Assembly: GCA_964016885.1 (NCBI GenBank)
Contig: OZ024748.1
Span: forward strand, 48,050,001-48,114,000
Length of the DNA: 64,000 bases
Reading direction: 5' to 3'
From: Eledone cirrhosa
Lineage: Eukaryota
The notes under the pieces are model-generated. The model was not told where the DNA came from. It saw only the letters and a program-made list of their open reading frames with translations, and made no database searches. A program made the translations under genes and the position numbers. Position 1 is the stretch's first letter, and the number at the start of each line of letters is the position of its first letter. This document shows positions 48,301 to 60,765 of the stretch, piece after piece.

Positions 48301-48694
48301 TATAGGTGCGATAACATATGACATTTACATGCCGTGGGTCTTTATCATCGAATATATACTCTCTTTCTCTATATTCTGTGTTTGTTCCATATTTAAAAAA
48401 ATCAGGGGTAATATAATTGATAGTTACCTCTTCCCAGTTCTGAGAATTTCAAATATTCTGCTTATTTTAGAAATTGATACAGAGTCAAGAAAATCTAGAC
48501 CCACCCAGTCATGTATTGGAGGTCAATATAATCAACAATACTAAACGTTTGATTGACAGATGTGTCAAAGACTGAAAGGCAATGTTCATTTACCTGTCAT
48601 GGCCCCCGAAATTAGAGACTAGGCCTGAGTGCTTGCAACAGTTTTTGAGATAAATTCCCTATGAAGCAAACAGAACTAGTCCTGTATGAGTCAA

Positions 48695-48866
48695 TTACTC
48701 TTTTACCTGTTTCAGCCATCCAGCTGAGGCCATGCTGAGGCACCGCCCTTGAGCAGTAAATGCTAGGGTTCCCAAGCGCTCACCCCTCTAAGTACTAACT
48801 AGGCTTGACGTTGCTTAACTTCGGTGATCGGACGAGAACCGGTGTTTTCAGCGTGATATAGCCGTA
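48695..48866 (-). mobile_element. 5S rRNA-derived sequence with retroposon-like tail (SINE3-like or processed 5S pseudogene)
   Basis: Minus strand TACGGCTATATCACGCTGAAAACACCGGTTCTCGTCCGATCACCGAAGTTAAGCAACGTC...AGTACTT..GGGTGA.CGC.TGGGAA matches 5S; then GGCGGTGCCTCAGCATGGCC...GCTGAAACAGGTAAAAGAGTAA. Confidence 0.85.
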
Positions 48867-50244
48867 TATGAATTTCTTTATCAGTTATAATGGTAACTAC
48901 ATGGTATTTGTCACCCGTCTTCAAAATATTTTAAGTTTCATAGGCACTTTTGATCGGGACTACTTCTCCATTATCAGAGCTTGTACGTTCCCCCTGTTCT
49001 GCCTAATCACCACAGTATTTATATATAGGTATATGTATATATATATATAGATGTGAGAAAAACCACAAACCCTCCATCTCAATTCTACTTTTGAAAAGCA
49101 TAAGAACTGTGAAACCGGTAAAGGAAACAAATACATATTCTTAAAAAGACTCAAGTTTCATTATATATATACAAAGAAAACAAGAAACGAAAAAACAAGA
49201 CTATATATAATCCTGTAATTATATTGATACATACAATTTTGATAAAGTTGAGTCATTTTATTTGCTATCACTGTAAAAGAGTCGCTAAAACTGGAGCTTT
49301 TAGAAATGTCTTGTGGTTAATAATAGATGATGATGATGATGATGATGGCGATAGATAGTAACATAAATAAAGATAATAATGCGATGCTTGATAACACTTT
49401 GGAATACATCTTAGATATTTTTTACAGATATTTGTTTTTATCAAGCATCAAGGTTATTGTCGACAAAAACTAACGTTCTCTCACCTCTCCCTTTCACTGG
49501 AACTCGCAATCTTACATACTCCTTCTCTCGTTTACTCTCTCTCTCTCTCTCCATCTGTACGATTTTATTCTCTCTTAGTTTACTTTTATCTCCCATTCTT
49601 CACTCATCTCCCTCTCTTTAATTCTACCACTTTTTCTCTTATAGTCTATCTCCCCTTCTCTCTGTCCCTCCCCCACTCTCTCTAATATTTCACCTCTCAC
49701 TGTGACTCATTTTCCCCACTGAACCAACGAATGAGCCTCTACGTGGTGGCCTGTCCTGCTAGAAATAGCTGCCAACCATGCTAAAAAAACAAAACGGAAG
49801 ATACATTGAATAAGATAGTCCTAGACATACTGTATGAAAAATTTAAAAAATACATGGATGGGATGGTCACGGCTAGAAATGTCTTGAGATCATCATAGGT
49901 TTGCCTGATCAAGACTTTCCTGGGGCTAAACTACAAGTCATTATTTTCAAATCTCTCTCCCTAAATGCCTTCTATATTTCTAATTTCCCCTCTCTCAGTC
50001 TTTTATACTGTTCCTTCCACCCCCTTCCTCATACTACCACCTCCTTCTCCTGTGCACTTGCACAGCAGGAGTAGTCTTACAATTACTACTCCCACCACCA
50101 CTACCAACTCTCTTACTACTACCTCCCCTACTAATACCACAACTACCACTACCACCTCCTCTACTACTACCAACACCCTTACTACTACCTCCTCTACTAC
50201 TACAACTACCAATTCCCTTATTACTATTATCACTACAAACTCCC

Positions 50245-50280
<36 letters not shown>

Positions 50281-50344
50281 TACTGTTCTGTACTTATAAA
50301 TCAGTCATATAGAAATGCATGGATGGTATTGTTCTTTTTCTCTC

Positions 50345-51275
50345 CACCAATCAAAACAGTTGACCAATCAGTGACTTAGAACAGCGCCTCCTACCTCCTC
50401 CTCCTTGTGTCCCTTTCCCCTTGCCTTGAATGATTGACCAATCATTGAGTGACTCGTTAAATCAAGGCCACTATTGACCAATGAATAACTTGGAGTTATC
50501 TCCCTCCTCCCACTCTCTATTGATCAATGGTAGAGATAACCCCCCATATCCTGCTCTCAGACTCTTGACCAATACTAGAGACATCTCCCCCCCTCACTCA
50601 TACTCTCCTTTGACCAATACTAGAGACATCTCCCCCTCCCTCACTCATACTCTCTCTTGACCAATACAAGAGACACATGGCTTAGTGGTTAGAGCATTGG
50701 CCAATACAAGAGGCACATGGCTTAGTGGTTAGAGCATTGGCCTTGCAATCGAAAGGTTGTGAGTTCAATTCTCAGACCGGGTGATGTGTTGTTTCCTTGA
50801 GCAAGACACTTTATTTCACATTGCTCCAGTTTACTCAGCTGTAGAAATGAGATGATAGGGACTGGGGTCCCTGTCATTCCACTGCAAAGTGGTCGTGGAG
50901 GTGCCACGGCAAAAAAGCACCCAGCACTCACTGTAAATGAGGTTGGTGTTAGGAAGGGCATCCAGCTGTAGAAATCAAGCCAGAATCAGTTCCCGTCCCA
51001 CCCTTGCAAGCAGGGAAAAAGTGGACGTTAAATGAAATGATGATGATGATGATGACCCCTACATTCCACTCTATTGACCAATACCAGAGACATCTCCCCC
51101 TCCACTCACTACTCTTGACCAATACTATAGTCGTCTCCCCTTCCCCACATCCCATTCTCTCTTGACCAATGCTAGAGATATCCCCCCCCCCCCATCCCAC
51201 TCACACTCAATTCACTGTTGACTAATGCTAGAGATAGCTACTACTCTCACTCACACACTATTGACCAATCACCAT
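50345..51275 (+). repeat. Degenerate ~40-bp repeat containing TTGACCAAT, interrupted by a SINE
   Basis: About ten TTGACCAAT occurrences with AGAGACATCTCCCC flanks. Confidence 0.8.
50671..51054 (+). mobile_element. SINE family B full copy with duplicated 5' junction
   Basis: A/B-box head, (GAT)n tail. Confidence 0.9.
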
Positions 51276-51799
51276 TCACTATTCACCCTCTACTCTCTAG
51301 CAACCCTCACTCCCCCATCACATTAAATCACTCAATTTCACTTCACCATTCCCTGACCCCCTTCCTACGCCCATTCCCCGGCCATATCTGACCCTTTTGC
51401 TCTTGACCTTTCACATTTGGCCCCTGACAGGTCAGTATATTGCAAAAAATATATAAATCAATAAAGGAAAGCAAGGGACGATAACATTTTATTGTACAAT
51501 AATAATAACAATAATAATATTAATAATAATAGTAATTTCTTTATTAGCCACAAGGGCTCGCATATATAATACAATAAAACTATAAATAATATAAACATAG
51601 GGGTTCACAATATATATTTGGGGCTAGAGAAACAAAGTTGTATGATTTGTAATACCCTTGTAGCTGTGTGGTTAAATAGATCCCTTCGTAACCATACGGT
51701 TTCGGATACTGTCACACTCCGGATGGACTATACCAGTAATTTAAAGGGTAATTTTTGTCATACACTGCGTCACCGCGATCCACCCCATGAATTACTTAA

Positions 51800-52060
51800 C
51801 CCTTTCGTTACCAAATTTCTAATGAAAGACACTGCCTATGATTTTTCAAATAATCTTGAAAATAATCAAGAATTATAAGACGGAATTAAAAATACAAGTA
51901 AATCACTCATTATTAAATTTGTATTTGGAATTTAACTTGATAAATGTTCTTACATAAAATTATAATGGAAAGTTTTTATGTAAATTTATAAAAACTTTAA
52001 AATAAACAACTTTATATCATAGAAATAGAGGTGGTTTAATGTCACTTGGTATCAAAAGGG
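51800..52060. mobile_element. piggyBac-like MITE (degenerate copy near 60812-61050)
   Basis: TTAA-CCCTTTCGTTACCAA ... TTGGTATCAAAAGGG-TTAA. Confidence 0.8.
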
Positions 52061-52707
52061 TTAATTTTATGAGCAAACTGTTCCCTTTGATAGAACAACT
52101 GGAACACACAACGTTGAATTCAACGAAAGTTCATTCTGTCTGTATATGCGAGCCCTTTATTTTTAAGAGTAACAATAGCACTATAAGAATATGATGTAAT
52201 GGTCACAAGAACAAAAGAACTGATGCCATTTCTCTTATATTGGACATTCTCAAAGATACAAGAGGTTTTACTATAAGATTTTCATGTATTTTATTGTAAA
52301 ATTTGAAGAGAAAAAATTATTATTATTATTATTAACATAAAAAATAAAATAAATTGATAAATAAAATACATTTTACCAATGATTTGCTTGTGTTTGTGTT
52401 CTTTGTTGAAGTGTGGTGGACAACATGTCTGAAGGGAGCACTCGATAGGAGGTGTATATACATATATAAAAATATATATATATTTCGACAGTCGATCGAC
52501 TTTCGTCAAATCGGACCGAGGAAACAATGTTTCCGTTGGTCTTTCCAATTGCTAATACTATCTATCGGTCGAGTCTTCAGGTAGAAGGAGCAACGTGAAA
52601 TAAAGTGTCTTGCTCAAGGACATCATGCGTCGCCCGGTCCAGGAATCGAACTTACAAGCTCAAGATTGCGAATCCAATTCTCTAACTACTCAGCCACACG
52701 CGCCCTC

Positions 52708-52745
<38 letters not shown>

Positions 52746-52834
52746 TATATACATACATACATACATATATATATATACAGACATATATATATATATACAT
52801 AGATATATATATATATATACATACATATATATAC

Positions 52835-52869
<35 letters not shown>

Positions 52870-52882
52870 CATACATATATAT

Positions 52883-52913
<31 letters not shown>

Positions 52914-52975
52914 CATACATATATATATACATACATACATATATATATATATACATACATACATACATACATACA

Positions 52976-53581
52976 TGGTGGCTGCCAACTCGTTTTCGAG
53001 TACGGCCACTACTTTATATCCATGTAGGAGAACCCCTGCCGATGCGCTGAACGAGTGTGACTTTTTAGTCCAGCCAGCGACTTGAAAACTCTGGTACAAA
53101 CACTACACTTGTGACAATTATTGACACAGTGCTGGGCCCATGGTACCATGTGAGGACAAGTGCAGAGAGATCTCCAGATATAAAGCAATGCCTGTGCCGT
53201 GAAGCTTTTATAGTGAGCAAAGGCTCTGCACAAAGCCAGTCCCACTCTCTTAACCAAGATGATATTTACCAAAAAGAAGAACAAGTCAACATCATTGGAT
53301 ACCATCAGGGCTGCAGGTGTTATATCAGAGTTTTCCTTCTCCTAGAATTTTGCCTTGACAAAGGCTAAGGGGTCATCTCTCCCGGTGATTTTGGATGGCC
53401 ATTGACTCTTAAGAGCTCCTTTGCCCTTTGACAGGTTTTGTTTTTAGTCCTGCACGATGTCCAAAGTCACCCTCCTCACCAAGAAACCTTGGTGGGGTTG
53501 CCAGTTTAGTCGCCAACGACCCGACCATGAGACAGGTTGTACTGGGATACATGTTACCAGTAGCATCAACTGGTGACCTGA
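52976..53581 (-). mobile_element. Non-autonomous RTE-like element, about 600 bp
   Basis: Multi-copy in window; 3' part encodes [24 protein letters not shown]; microsatellite tail. Confidence 0.75.
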
Positions 53582-53636
53582 CATACATACATACATATAT
53601 ATATACATACATACATATATATATACATACATACAT

Positions 53637-53669
<33 letters not shown>

Positions 53670-53674
53670 CATAC

Positions 53675-54015
53675 ATCATCATCATCATTTCATTTTACGT
53701 CTGCTTTTCCCTGCTTGCAAGGGTGGGACGGGAACTGATTCTGGCTTGATTTCTACAGCTGGATGCCCTTCCTAACACCAACCTCATTTACAGTGAGTGC
53801 TGGGTGCTTTTTTGCCGTGGCACCTGCACAACCACTTTGCAGTGGAATGATAGGGACCCCAGTCCCTATCATCTCATTTCTACACCTGAGTAAACTGGAG
53901 CAATGTGAAATATAGTATCTTGCTCAAGGAAACAACACATCACCCGGTCTGAGAATTGAACTCACAACGTTTCGATTGCAAGACCAATGCTCTAACCACT
54001 AAGCCATGTGCCTCC
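53675..54015 (-). mobile_element. SINE family B copy
   Basis: Matches family consensus. Confidence 0.88.
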
Positions 54016-54188
54016 ATACATATATATATATACATACATACATACATATATATATATACATACATACATATATATACATACATACATATATATATATACA
54101 TACATACATACATATATATATATACATACATATATATATATACATACATACATATATACACACATACATACATATATATATATATATA

Positions 54189-54586
54189 TGGTGGCTGCCA
54201 ACTCGTTTTCGAGTACGGCCACTACTTTATATCCATGTAGGAGAACCCCTACCGATGCGCTGAACAAGTGTGACTTTTTAGTCCAGCCAGCGACTTGAAA
54301 ACTCTGGTACAGACACTACACTTGTGACAATTATTGACACATAGTGCTGGGCCCATGGTACCATGTGATGACAAGTGCAGAGAGATCTCCAGATATAAAG
54401 CAATCCTGTGCCGTGAAGCTTTTATAGTGAGCAAAGGCACTGCACAAAGCCAGTCCCGCTCTCTTAACCAAGATGATATTTACCAAAAAGAAGAACAAGT
54501 CAACATCATTGGATACCATCAGGGTTGCAGGTGTTATATCAGAGTTTTCCTTCTCCTAGAATTCTGCCTTGACAAAGGCTAAGGGG
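54189..54586 (-). mobile_element. Non-autonomous RTE-like element, 5'-truncated copy
   Basis: Near-identical to 52976-53371. Confidence 0.8.
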
Positions 54587-54606
54587 TTTAGTTAAAGAGA
54601 GTCTTT

Positions 54607-54728
54607 TATGAAGAAACGTTAGTTGTATTATGTTGATCTTCTATAAGTTATCCTAGTGGGATGTAGATCTACATCCCACTAGGATAACTTATAGAAGATC
54701 TACATAATACAATTAACGATTCTTCTTA
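54607..54728. repeat. Zero-spacer palindrome (centre AGA|TCT at 54667/54668)
   Basis: Direct reading. Confidence 0.9.
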
Positions 54729-55339
54729 TAATATATTATATATATATATAATATATATATATTATATATATATATATATAATATATAAATATTATATATA
54801 TATATAATATATATATATATTTTATATATATAATATATATATATTATATATATATATAATATATATATATATCTGAATATTGTCAATCTTGTCAGGATAT
54901 TTTTGTAAGTTTTCTTGTCTCTTTTCCTGTTGTTTTTTGTCCTTCATCTATTTTAATTTTTTATTAAAATGTTTATTGCATTCGTTTTGAGCATATTTTG
55001 CTTCATGTCAAATGATATTCATGAGTTTATTTATCTTGTTTGGTGTGGTGAGATTTTGAATTTTCTGTTTGTAAAGTTCATTAGTTTTTTTTATATGTTA
55101 TTCTTTATAAATTAATCGCTAACGTGCGTTTTAGGTGCTTGGCTTGTTTTTTTTTTTGTTTTGGGGTAAATTATCTATTTTGTTTGAGATGGCTGTTGTA
55201 TATATTTTGAAGGAATGGTTTTTGCTTCTGTATCTTTTATATCTCCATAGTTAATTTATCTGGCACTCAATATTTATCATTGATTGGCCAACTGTTATAG
55301 TCTATCACTATATGTAACAACATGTTTCCTTCAAAATAT

Positions 55340-57135
55340 ACAGAATGGAGTAATACCAAATGACTGGCGTAGCATCATCATCGTTAACTGTTACAAGGGC
55401 AAAGGAGGTGCCCTAGATAGAGGAAACTATAGGGGCATTAAGTTAGTTGACCAGGTCATGAAGGTCACAGAAAGAGTTATTACTCAACTGATTAGAGACC
55501 GAATTGATCTAGATGAAATGCAGTTTGGGTTTGTGCCAGGTAAAAGCACCACGGATGCTCTTTTCCTTGTACAGCAACTACCGGCGAAGTACCTGGCTAA
55601 AAGTAAACCCCTCTACTTAGCTTTTGTTGACTTAGAGAAAGCCTTTGACAGAGTCCCACGCACCTTAATCTGGTGGGCCCTTAGAAAACTAGGAGTAGAT
55701 GAATGGCTTGTGAGAACTATACAAGCCATGTATAGAGGAACAGTCAACAAGGTTAGAATTAACAATGAATATAGTGAAGAATTTAGCGTAATAGTAGGTG
55801 TTCACCAAGGCTCAGTCCTTAGCCTGCTCCTGTTTATTATTGTTCTACAGGCTATAACAGAAGGGTTTAAGACTGGCTGCCCATGGGCACTTGTATATGC
55901 AGATGATCTAACTCTCAGAACTGAATCAATGGCTGAACTAGAGAAGAAATTCCAAACATGGAAGCATGGCCTAGAATCAAAAGGCCTTAGAGTTAACTTG
56001 TGTAAGCTAAAGTTCTAGTATGTAGAAAGGAGAATATGGCACAGGTGCCCTCTGGGAAATGGCCATGCTCAGTGTGTAAGAAGGGAGTAGGTGGAAATTC
56101 CATTCTATACCCCGAATTCAAATTATGGGTACAAAAAAAAGATGTAGTGGGATCACAGGCAAGCTATCTAAGAATGTAGATTTTATATGTGGCCGATGCT
56201 CAGGTGCAGTAAGTAGCAAGGGCCAACTGGATGCTATCTCCTTCTACTGCCCAGATGGTTCTATAGAAATAGTAGACACTTTCCGTAAAATGGGTGACAA
56301 AATCAGCAATGGAGGAGGGTGCTCTGAAAGTACAGTAAGCTAGAGTTAGAACAGGATGAAAAAAGTTCAGAGAGCTAACACTGCTATATATGCTCAGGTC
56401 TCACTACACGGTAGTGAGACCTGAGCATTGTGTGCTGAAGACTTGTGTAGATTAGAAAGAAATGAAGCTTCCATGCTCCGATGGATGTGTAATAGTAATG
56501 TACGTGAACGGTGAAGCATAAATGAATTGAGAGAGAGAGACTAAGCATAAGAGGTATCAAATGTTGTGTGCTTTGGTATGGACCTGTGATGTGTATGAAG
56601 GACAACAGCTGTATAAAAGAGTGCAGAGCAATGAAAATTGATGGGAAGCTACGGAGTGGGGAGACCAAGAAAAACCTGGAACAAGGTGATAAAATCTGGC
56701 TTTGCTCACTTATACATCTCTAAGACAATGTCTCTGGATTGAGACCTTTGATGCTACGCAGTTGTGCAGACGACCTGCCTTCCCTCGCATACAAGCTTAA
56801 ACCTACAGTCAGTAGGCACCTCTTAACCCAATATACACCCCACCTCACACACCCTACTCCATCTTCCCACTTCTGTCCACTGTAAAGTGGTCATGTCGGT
56901 GACACAACAAAAAGCACCCAGTCCACACTGTAAAGTGGTCATGTAGGAGACACAGTAAAAAGGCTCCCAGTCCACACTGCAAATGTGGCTGGTGTTAGGA
57001 AGGGCATCCAGCTATAGAAAACCTGCCAGGGACACTTATGTACGAGCGAGACACGGTCACCCGACCAATCTCACCCCAAGTGGAACAAAACAGCCCAACC
57101 CATGCTAGCATTGGACGTTAAACGATGATGATGAT
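55340..57135 (+). mobile_element. RTE-clade LINE, 5'-truncated and decayed: reverse transcriptase, PHD-like finger, 3' UTR with (GAT)n
   Basis: NYRGIKL, QFGFVPGKSTTDA, AFVDLEKAFDRVP, GVHQGSVLS, YADDL; then WPCSVCKKGVG...KRCSGI...CGRC with frameshifts. Confidence 0.92.
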
Positions 57136-57696
57136 ATATATGAAAAAAATATCGTTTTTTACAAAAAAACAATATCAAAATTGGAAAGAGGTAGGTGGAG
57201 AAGATAAAACAGCTCAATATATATACATGGTGCTCAATATATATATATGGTGCTCATGCATGGCTAAAAGAAATTAAAGCATTAAAATAACAATATAAAT
57301 ATGATATAATATAATACTATAATTGTAAAGTCAGATTGTAAAGGAGTCGTAACTTTATGCTGCAAAGCATGGCGTCCGACCCTTTACCGATACTGCCAAT
57401 CCACTGCCATCAATACAATAAAATAAATATTTTAAGATTTTAACTTACAAATAAGCTGGAGACCTTTTTGTTGTAACATCATGACTTCAGTAGGTTGTAA
57501 ACCTATATGTAACTAGCACCACTTAATTAAGATCAATACATGAGGTTTGTATTCGATAGGTATTTTTTCCATCAATCAAAGTGTTTATTGTAGTTGTTCA
57601 ATGATTGACTTGTTGGTGTAAATAATTTAAATGCAGGGTATATATTATAGATAAAAGAAATCAAAGAACGCCTATATACTCAAACAATTTTTATTT

Positions 57697-57741
57697 GCTG
57701 ACAATGTTTCATCCATACCATGGGGCAGGAATCATCAGAGC
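57697..57741 (-). ncRNA. Minimal type I hammerhead ribozyme motif
   Basis: GCU-CUGAUGA-[UUCC...GGAU]-GAAA-CAUUG-UC-AGC; GUC cleavage triplet. Confidence 0.7.
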
Positions 57742-57959
57742 GTTATAAACAAAAATATAGTGTTGAATATAAGCTCTACCAAGCTTGGTCACCAGAACAG
57801 TAGAGATACAGTACAGGATAATAAGAGGGAGGGAGATTGGAGATGAGAAGGATGGAGAGAATGCGTAATGGGGTTGTTAGTCAACATTATAGCAAAATAT
57901 GAGAATACAAGCAGATTTTCTCACAAGAAACTGAGGCATGTGAAGATACACAAAAGCAA

Positions 57960-58269
57960 TTAAAAGCAATTATTAGCACCAAATTACCACAAACACACCA
58001 ACAGTGAAAAAGTGTGTTGGCCTTAATTGTGAAACATTAAGCTCATTGAAGACACACTGTACAATTAAATCAGGACAAACATTTTTGTAAAAAATCATTT
58101 CACCTGTTCAAGAAAAAATTTGATATATGGCATTATATGTAAAGGATGTAATAAGGACTATATAGAGCAAACCAAACTCACCTTCAGAAACAGAATGACA
58201 ATTCATTGCCAACAATTGGGAGATCCCTCAACAAAACAGATATCACTTAGTGAGCATTTAGATTTGTGA
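57960..58269 (+). mobile_element. Penelope-like retroelement GIY-YIG endonuclease remnant
   Basis: 58093-58269 translates NHFTCSRKNLIYGIICKGCNKDYIEQTKLTFRNRMTIHCQQLGDPSTKQISLSEHLDL; upstream KKC...NC knuckle remnant. Confidence 0.85.
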
Positions 58270-58705
58270 CCAAGTCAACAAAAGCTAAGTAGAGGGGTTT
58301 AATTTTAGCTAGGTACTTCTCCTGTGGTTATTGTACAAGGAAAAGAGCGTCTGTGGTACTTTTACCTGACACAAACCCAAACTGTATTTCATCTAGAGCA
58401 ATTCCCTGTTGCGCTATAACTCTTTCTGTGACCTTCATGGTCAACTAACTTAATGCCTCTATAGTTTCCCCTATCTAGAGCATCTCCTTTACCCTTGTAT
58501 ATATATATGTCTCATCATCATCATCGTTTAATGTCTATTTCCCACGTTATGAGGAATTAAATGTGTTGTCCCATTTGAGGCAAGTCCAGTCAGGTAATCA
58601 TGTCTCGCTCATACAGAACTGTTACTGGCTTGGTTTCTACAGCTGGTTGCCCTTCGTAATTCCAACCACACTTACTGTGTGTGCTGGTTGCTTTTTGTCA
58701 GGACA

Positions 58706-59131
58706 CCTATAATTGTAAGTGGAAGAGCAAATAGATAAAAAAATACCTAATTTCTTTTCAAAGTCTTGATTGCGCAGTTTGGGTGACTGGTACGCAGGTA
58801 TAGTGCAGTTAAAGAGCACTCAAGTTGTGAAGTTGTCAGCTTGTCAAGAGGAATTATCATGTGGTTACTCGCCAATAGTCTACCCTTTACAACCCCTGTG
58901 TATTGACCATAAAAGTATGCGATAATTTTCCCTTTTGAAAATTGTAACTGGTAGCAGTCAGTTTGGGGAATTTGTCCGTGCACTGAGGGAGTCTCGTGAC
59001 AAGCTGACAACCTCACAGTTTGAGTGCACTTTAATTGCACTTTAGCTGCACACCAGTCGGTTGAAACCCCGCAGTAGGGACTTTGAAAAAAATTTGGTAT
59101 TTTTTGTCTATTTGCTCTTCACACTTATAAT
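58706..59131. mobile_element. MITE with diverged ~145 bp inverted arms
   Basis: GAAGAGCAAATAGATAAAAAAATACC / GGTATTTTTTGTCTATTTGCTCTTC and GTTGTCAGCTTGTC / GACAAGCTGACAAC. Confidence 0.75.
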
Positions 59132-59134
59132 CAA

Positions 59135-59182
<48 letters not shown>

Positions 59183-59392
59183 GAATAATCAAGAATCGGA
59201 ATATCAGCCCACGAAATCACGATAAACAATATCCGACATGTGTGGCAGAGGGCTCAATAATTTGGATAAATCAGAGCTATAACTATCGTTAAAATACCAA
59301 CACATAGAGATTATGCCTAAAATCACCCGTGCAGCCGAAAAAGAACGACCAGGAAGATTCGGGTCACTCAAATAAAATATCAATAAATTAAT

Positions 59393-59434
<42 letters not shown>

Positions 59435-60469
59435 AAGAAGGTGTGGTAAGGTACCAGGTGGACTATAACGCACCAGAGTACTTGATACTTAGGGTAGTAG
59501 ATGGCAGAGCTCCGGCCATTTCAACAGCTAGATCCAAACTTTGGATCTAGCTGTCAAAACGGCCGGAGCTCTGCCATCGGGGTCCTGACTCTTTTCCTAC
59601 ATATATATATATTTATATTTAAAGAATGCAGCAAGCAGGGTTTAAAAATTGAATTAGAGGTCTTCGCCATAACTTTGACTTAATAATTGTTTCTACTTTT
59701 GGCACAAGGCCAGCAATTACCCCCAGTGCGTTACTGGTACTTTATATTATTGACCCTGTAAGAATGAAAGACAAAGTTAACCTCGAACAGGGCATATAAA
59801 CCTACACATTTAAATGTTGCAGTTTGTAAATGCAAGGGGAAGAAAGTACTCAACACATGGTGTAATGTATATTGTTTATTAAAACTATTATTTGAATTAT
59901 TAACAGAAAGAGAAGAGAAAACAAAGGGAAAAAATAAAGTAAGAGATGGAAAACAGAACACAAGAGAGAGAGAGAAGTAAAAATTAAAAAAAAGAATAAG
60001 AGAATTAGAGTGAAATAGAAAGAGTGAGGGAAACAAAGAAAAGAAGAAAAATGGTAGTAATTAAAAAGACAGAAGTCTTAGGATGAAAAAGAAGGAAAAT
60101 AGAGAAAGATGGAAACAGATAAAGAGAAACAAAAGAAAAAAGAATAAAATACAATAATTCCAAATTTTCATAAATAAAAGTATATAAATATATATATATT
60201 TTATAAAATATCAAATAATCTTGTAAGAATTGTTTCTAATTTAAGCACAAAGCCATTTTGGTGGAAGAGGAAATTGATTTAATCGACCCTAATTCTTGAC
60301 TTGTACTTTATTTTTATCGATCCTTGAGAGATGAAAGATAAAGTTTACCTCAGTGGGATTTGAATTCTGGATGTAAAAAACAGAAACAAATGCTGCAAAG
60401 ATTTTTGTCCAAAGGTCTAATGATTTTGTCAATCCACTGAGCTTTGTAAAAATGACATTTCTTCTTCAA

Positions 60470-60765
60470 TCAATAGATCTCACAGCTTGTACAGATTCCC
60501 TTGACTCTCTGCCACCATGCAGTTCTATTGTTCCTTATATTCAGCAAGTCAGAGGGATTGCAGTTTATGTTGTGTCAAATCTGCTTCATACAGGTCTTGG
60601 CTTGTCATCTGCTAGCTTTCCTTGTGTAGGTTCCCACAAAACAATTTCGTCTTTAGCTTTCCAGCAATTCACTCCAAATCTAATTCTATGCACTTTGATG
60701 ATGTCTGATACTGGACAAAGATTCCCAAACTGTCAATCATTGGTCAGATGATCTCTCCAAGTGAC
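60470..60765 (-). mobile_element. Decayed RTE LINE 3' remnant
   Basis: WRDHLTN...RIRFG.NCWKAKDE...LWEPTQG. Confidence 0.55.

Noticed and set aside
48764-48866. Functional 5S rRNA gene
   Set aside because: Ends are missing or diverged, there is no oligo-T terminator, and it is fused to a retroposon-like tail.
50711-50785. tRNA gene-like sequence
   Set aside because: It is the head of multi-copy SINE family B, running into SINE body and tail with no proper acceptor stem.
53009-53305. C2H2 zinc-finger gene
   Set aside because: A single finger inside a multi-copy retroelement fragment, frameshifted in other copies.
54870-55290. Possible retroelement coding remnant on the minus strand
   Set aside because: A-rich and stop-ridden; I could not recognise a diagnostic motif.
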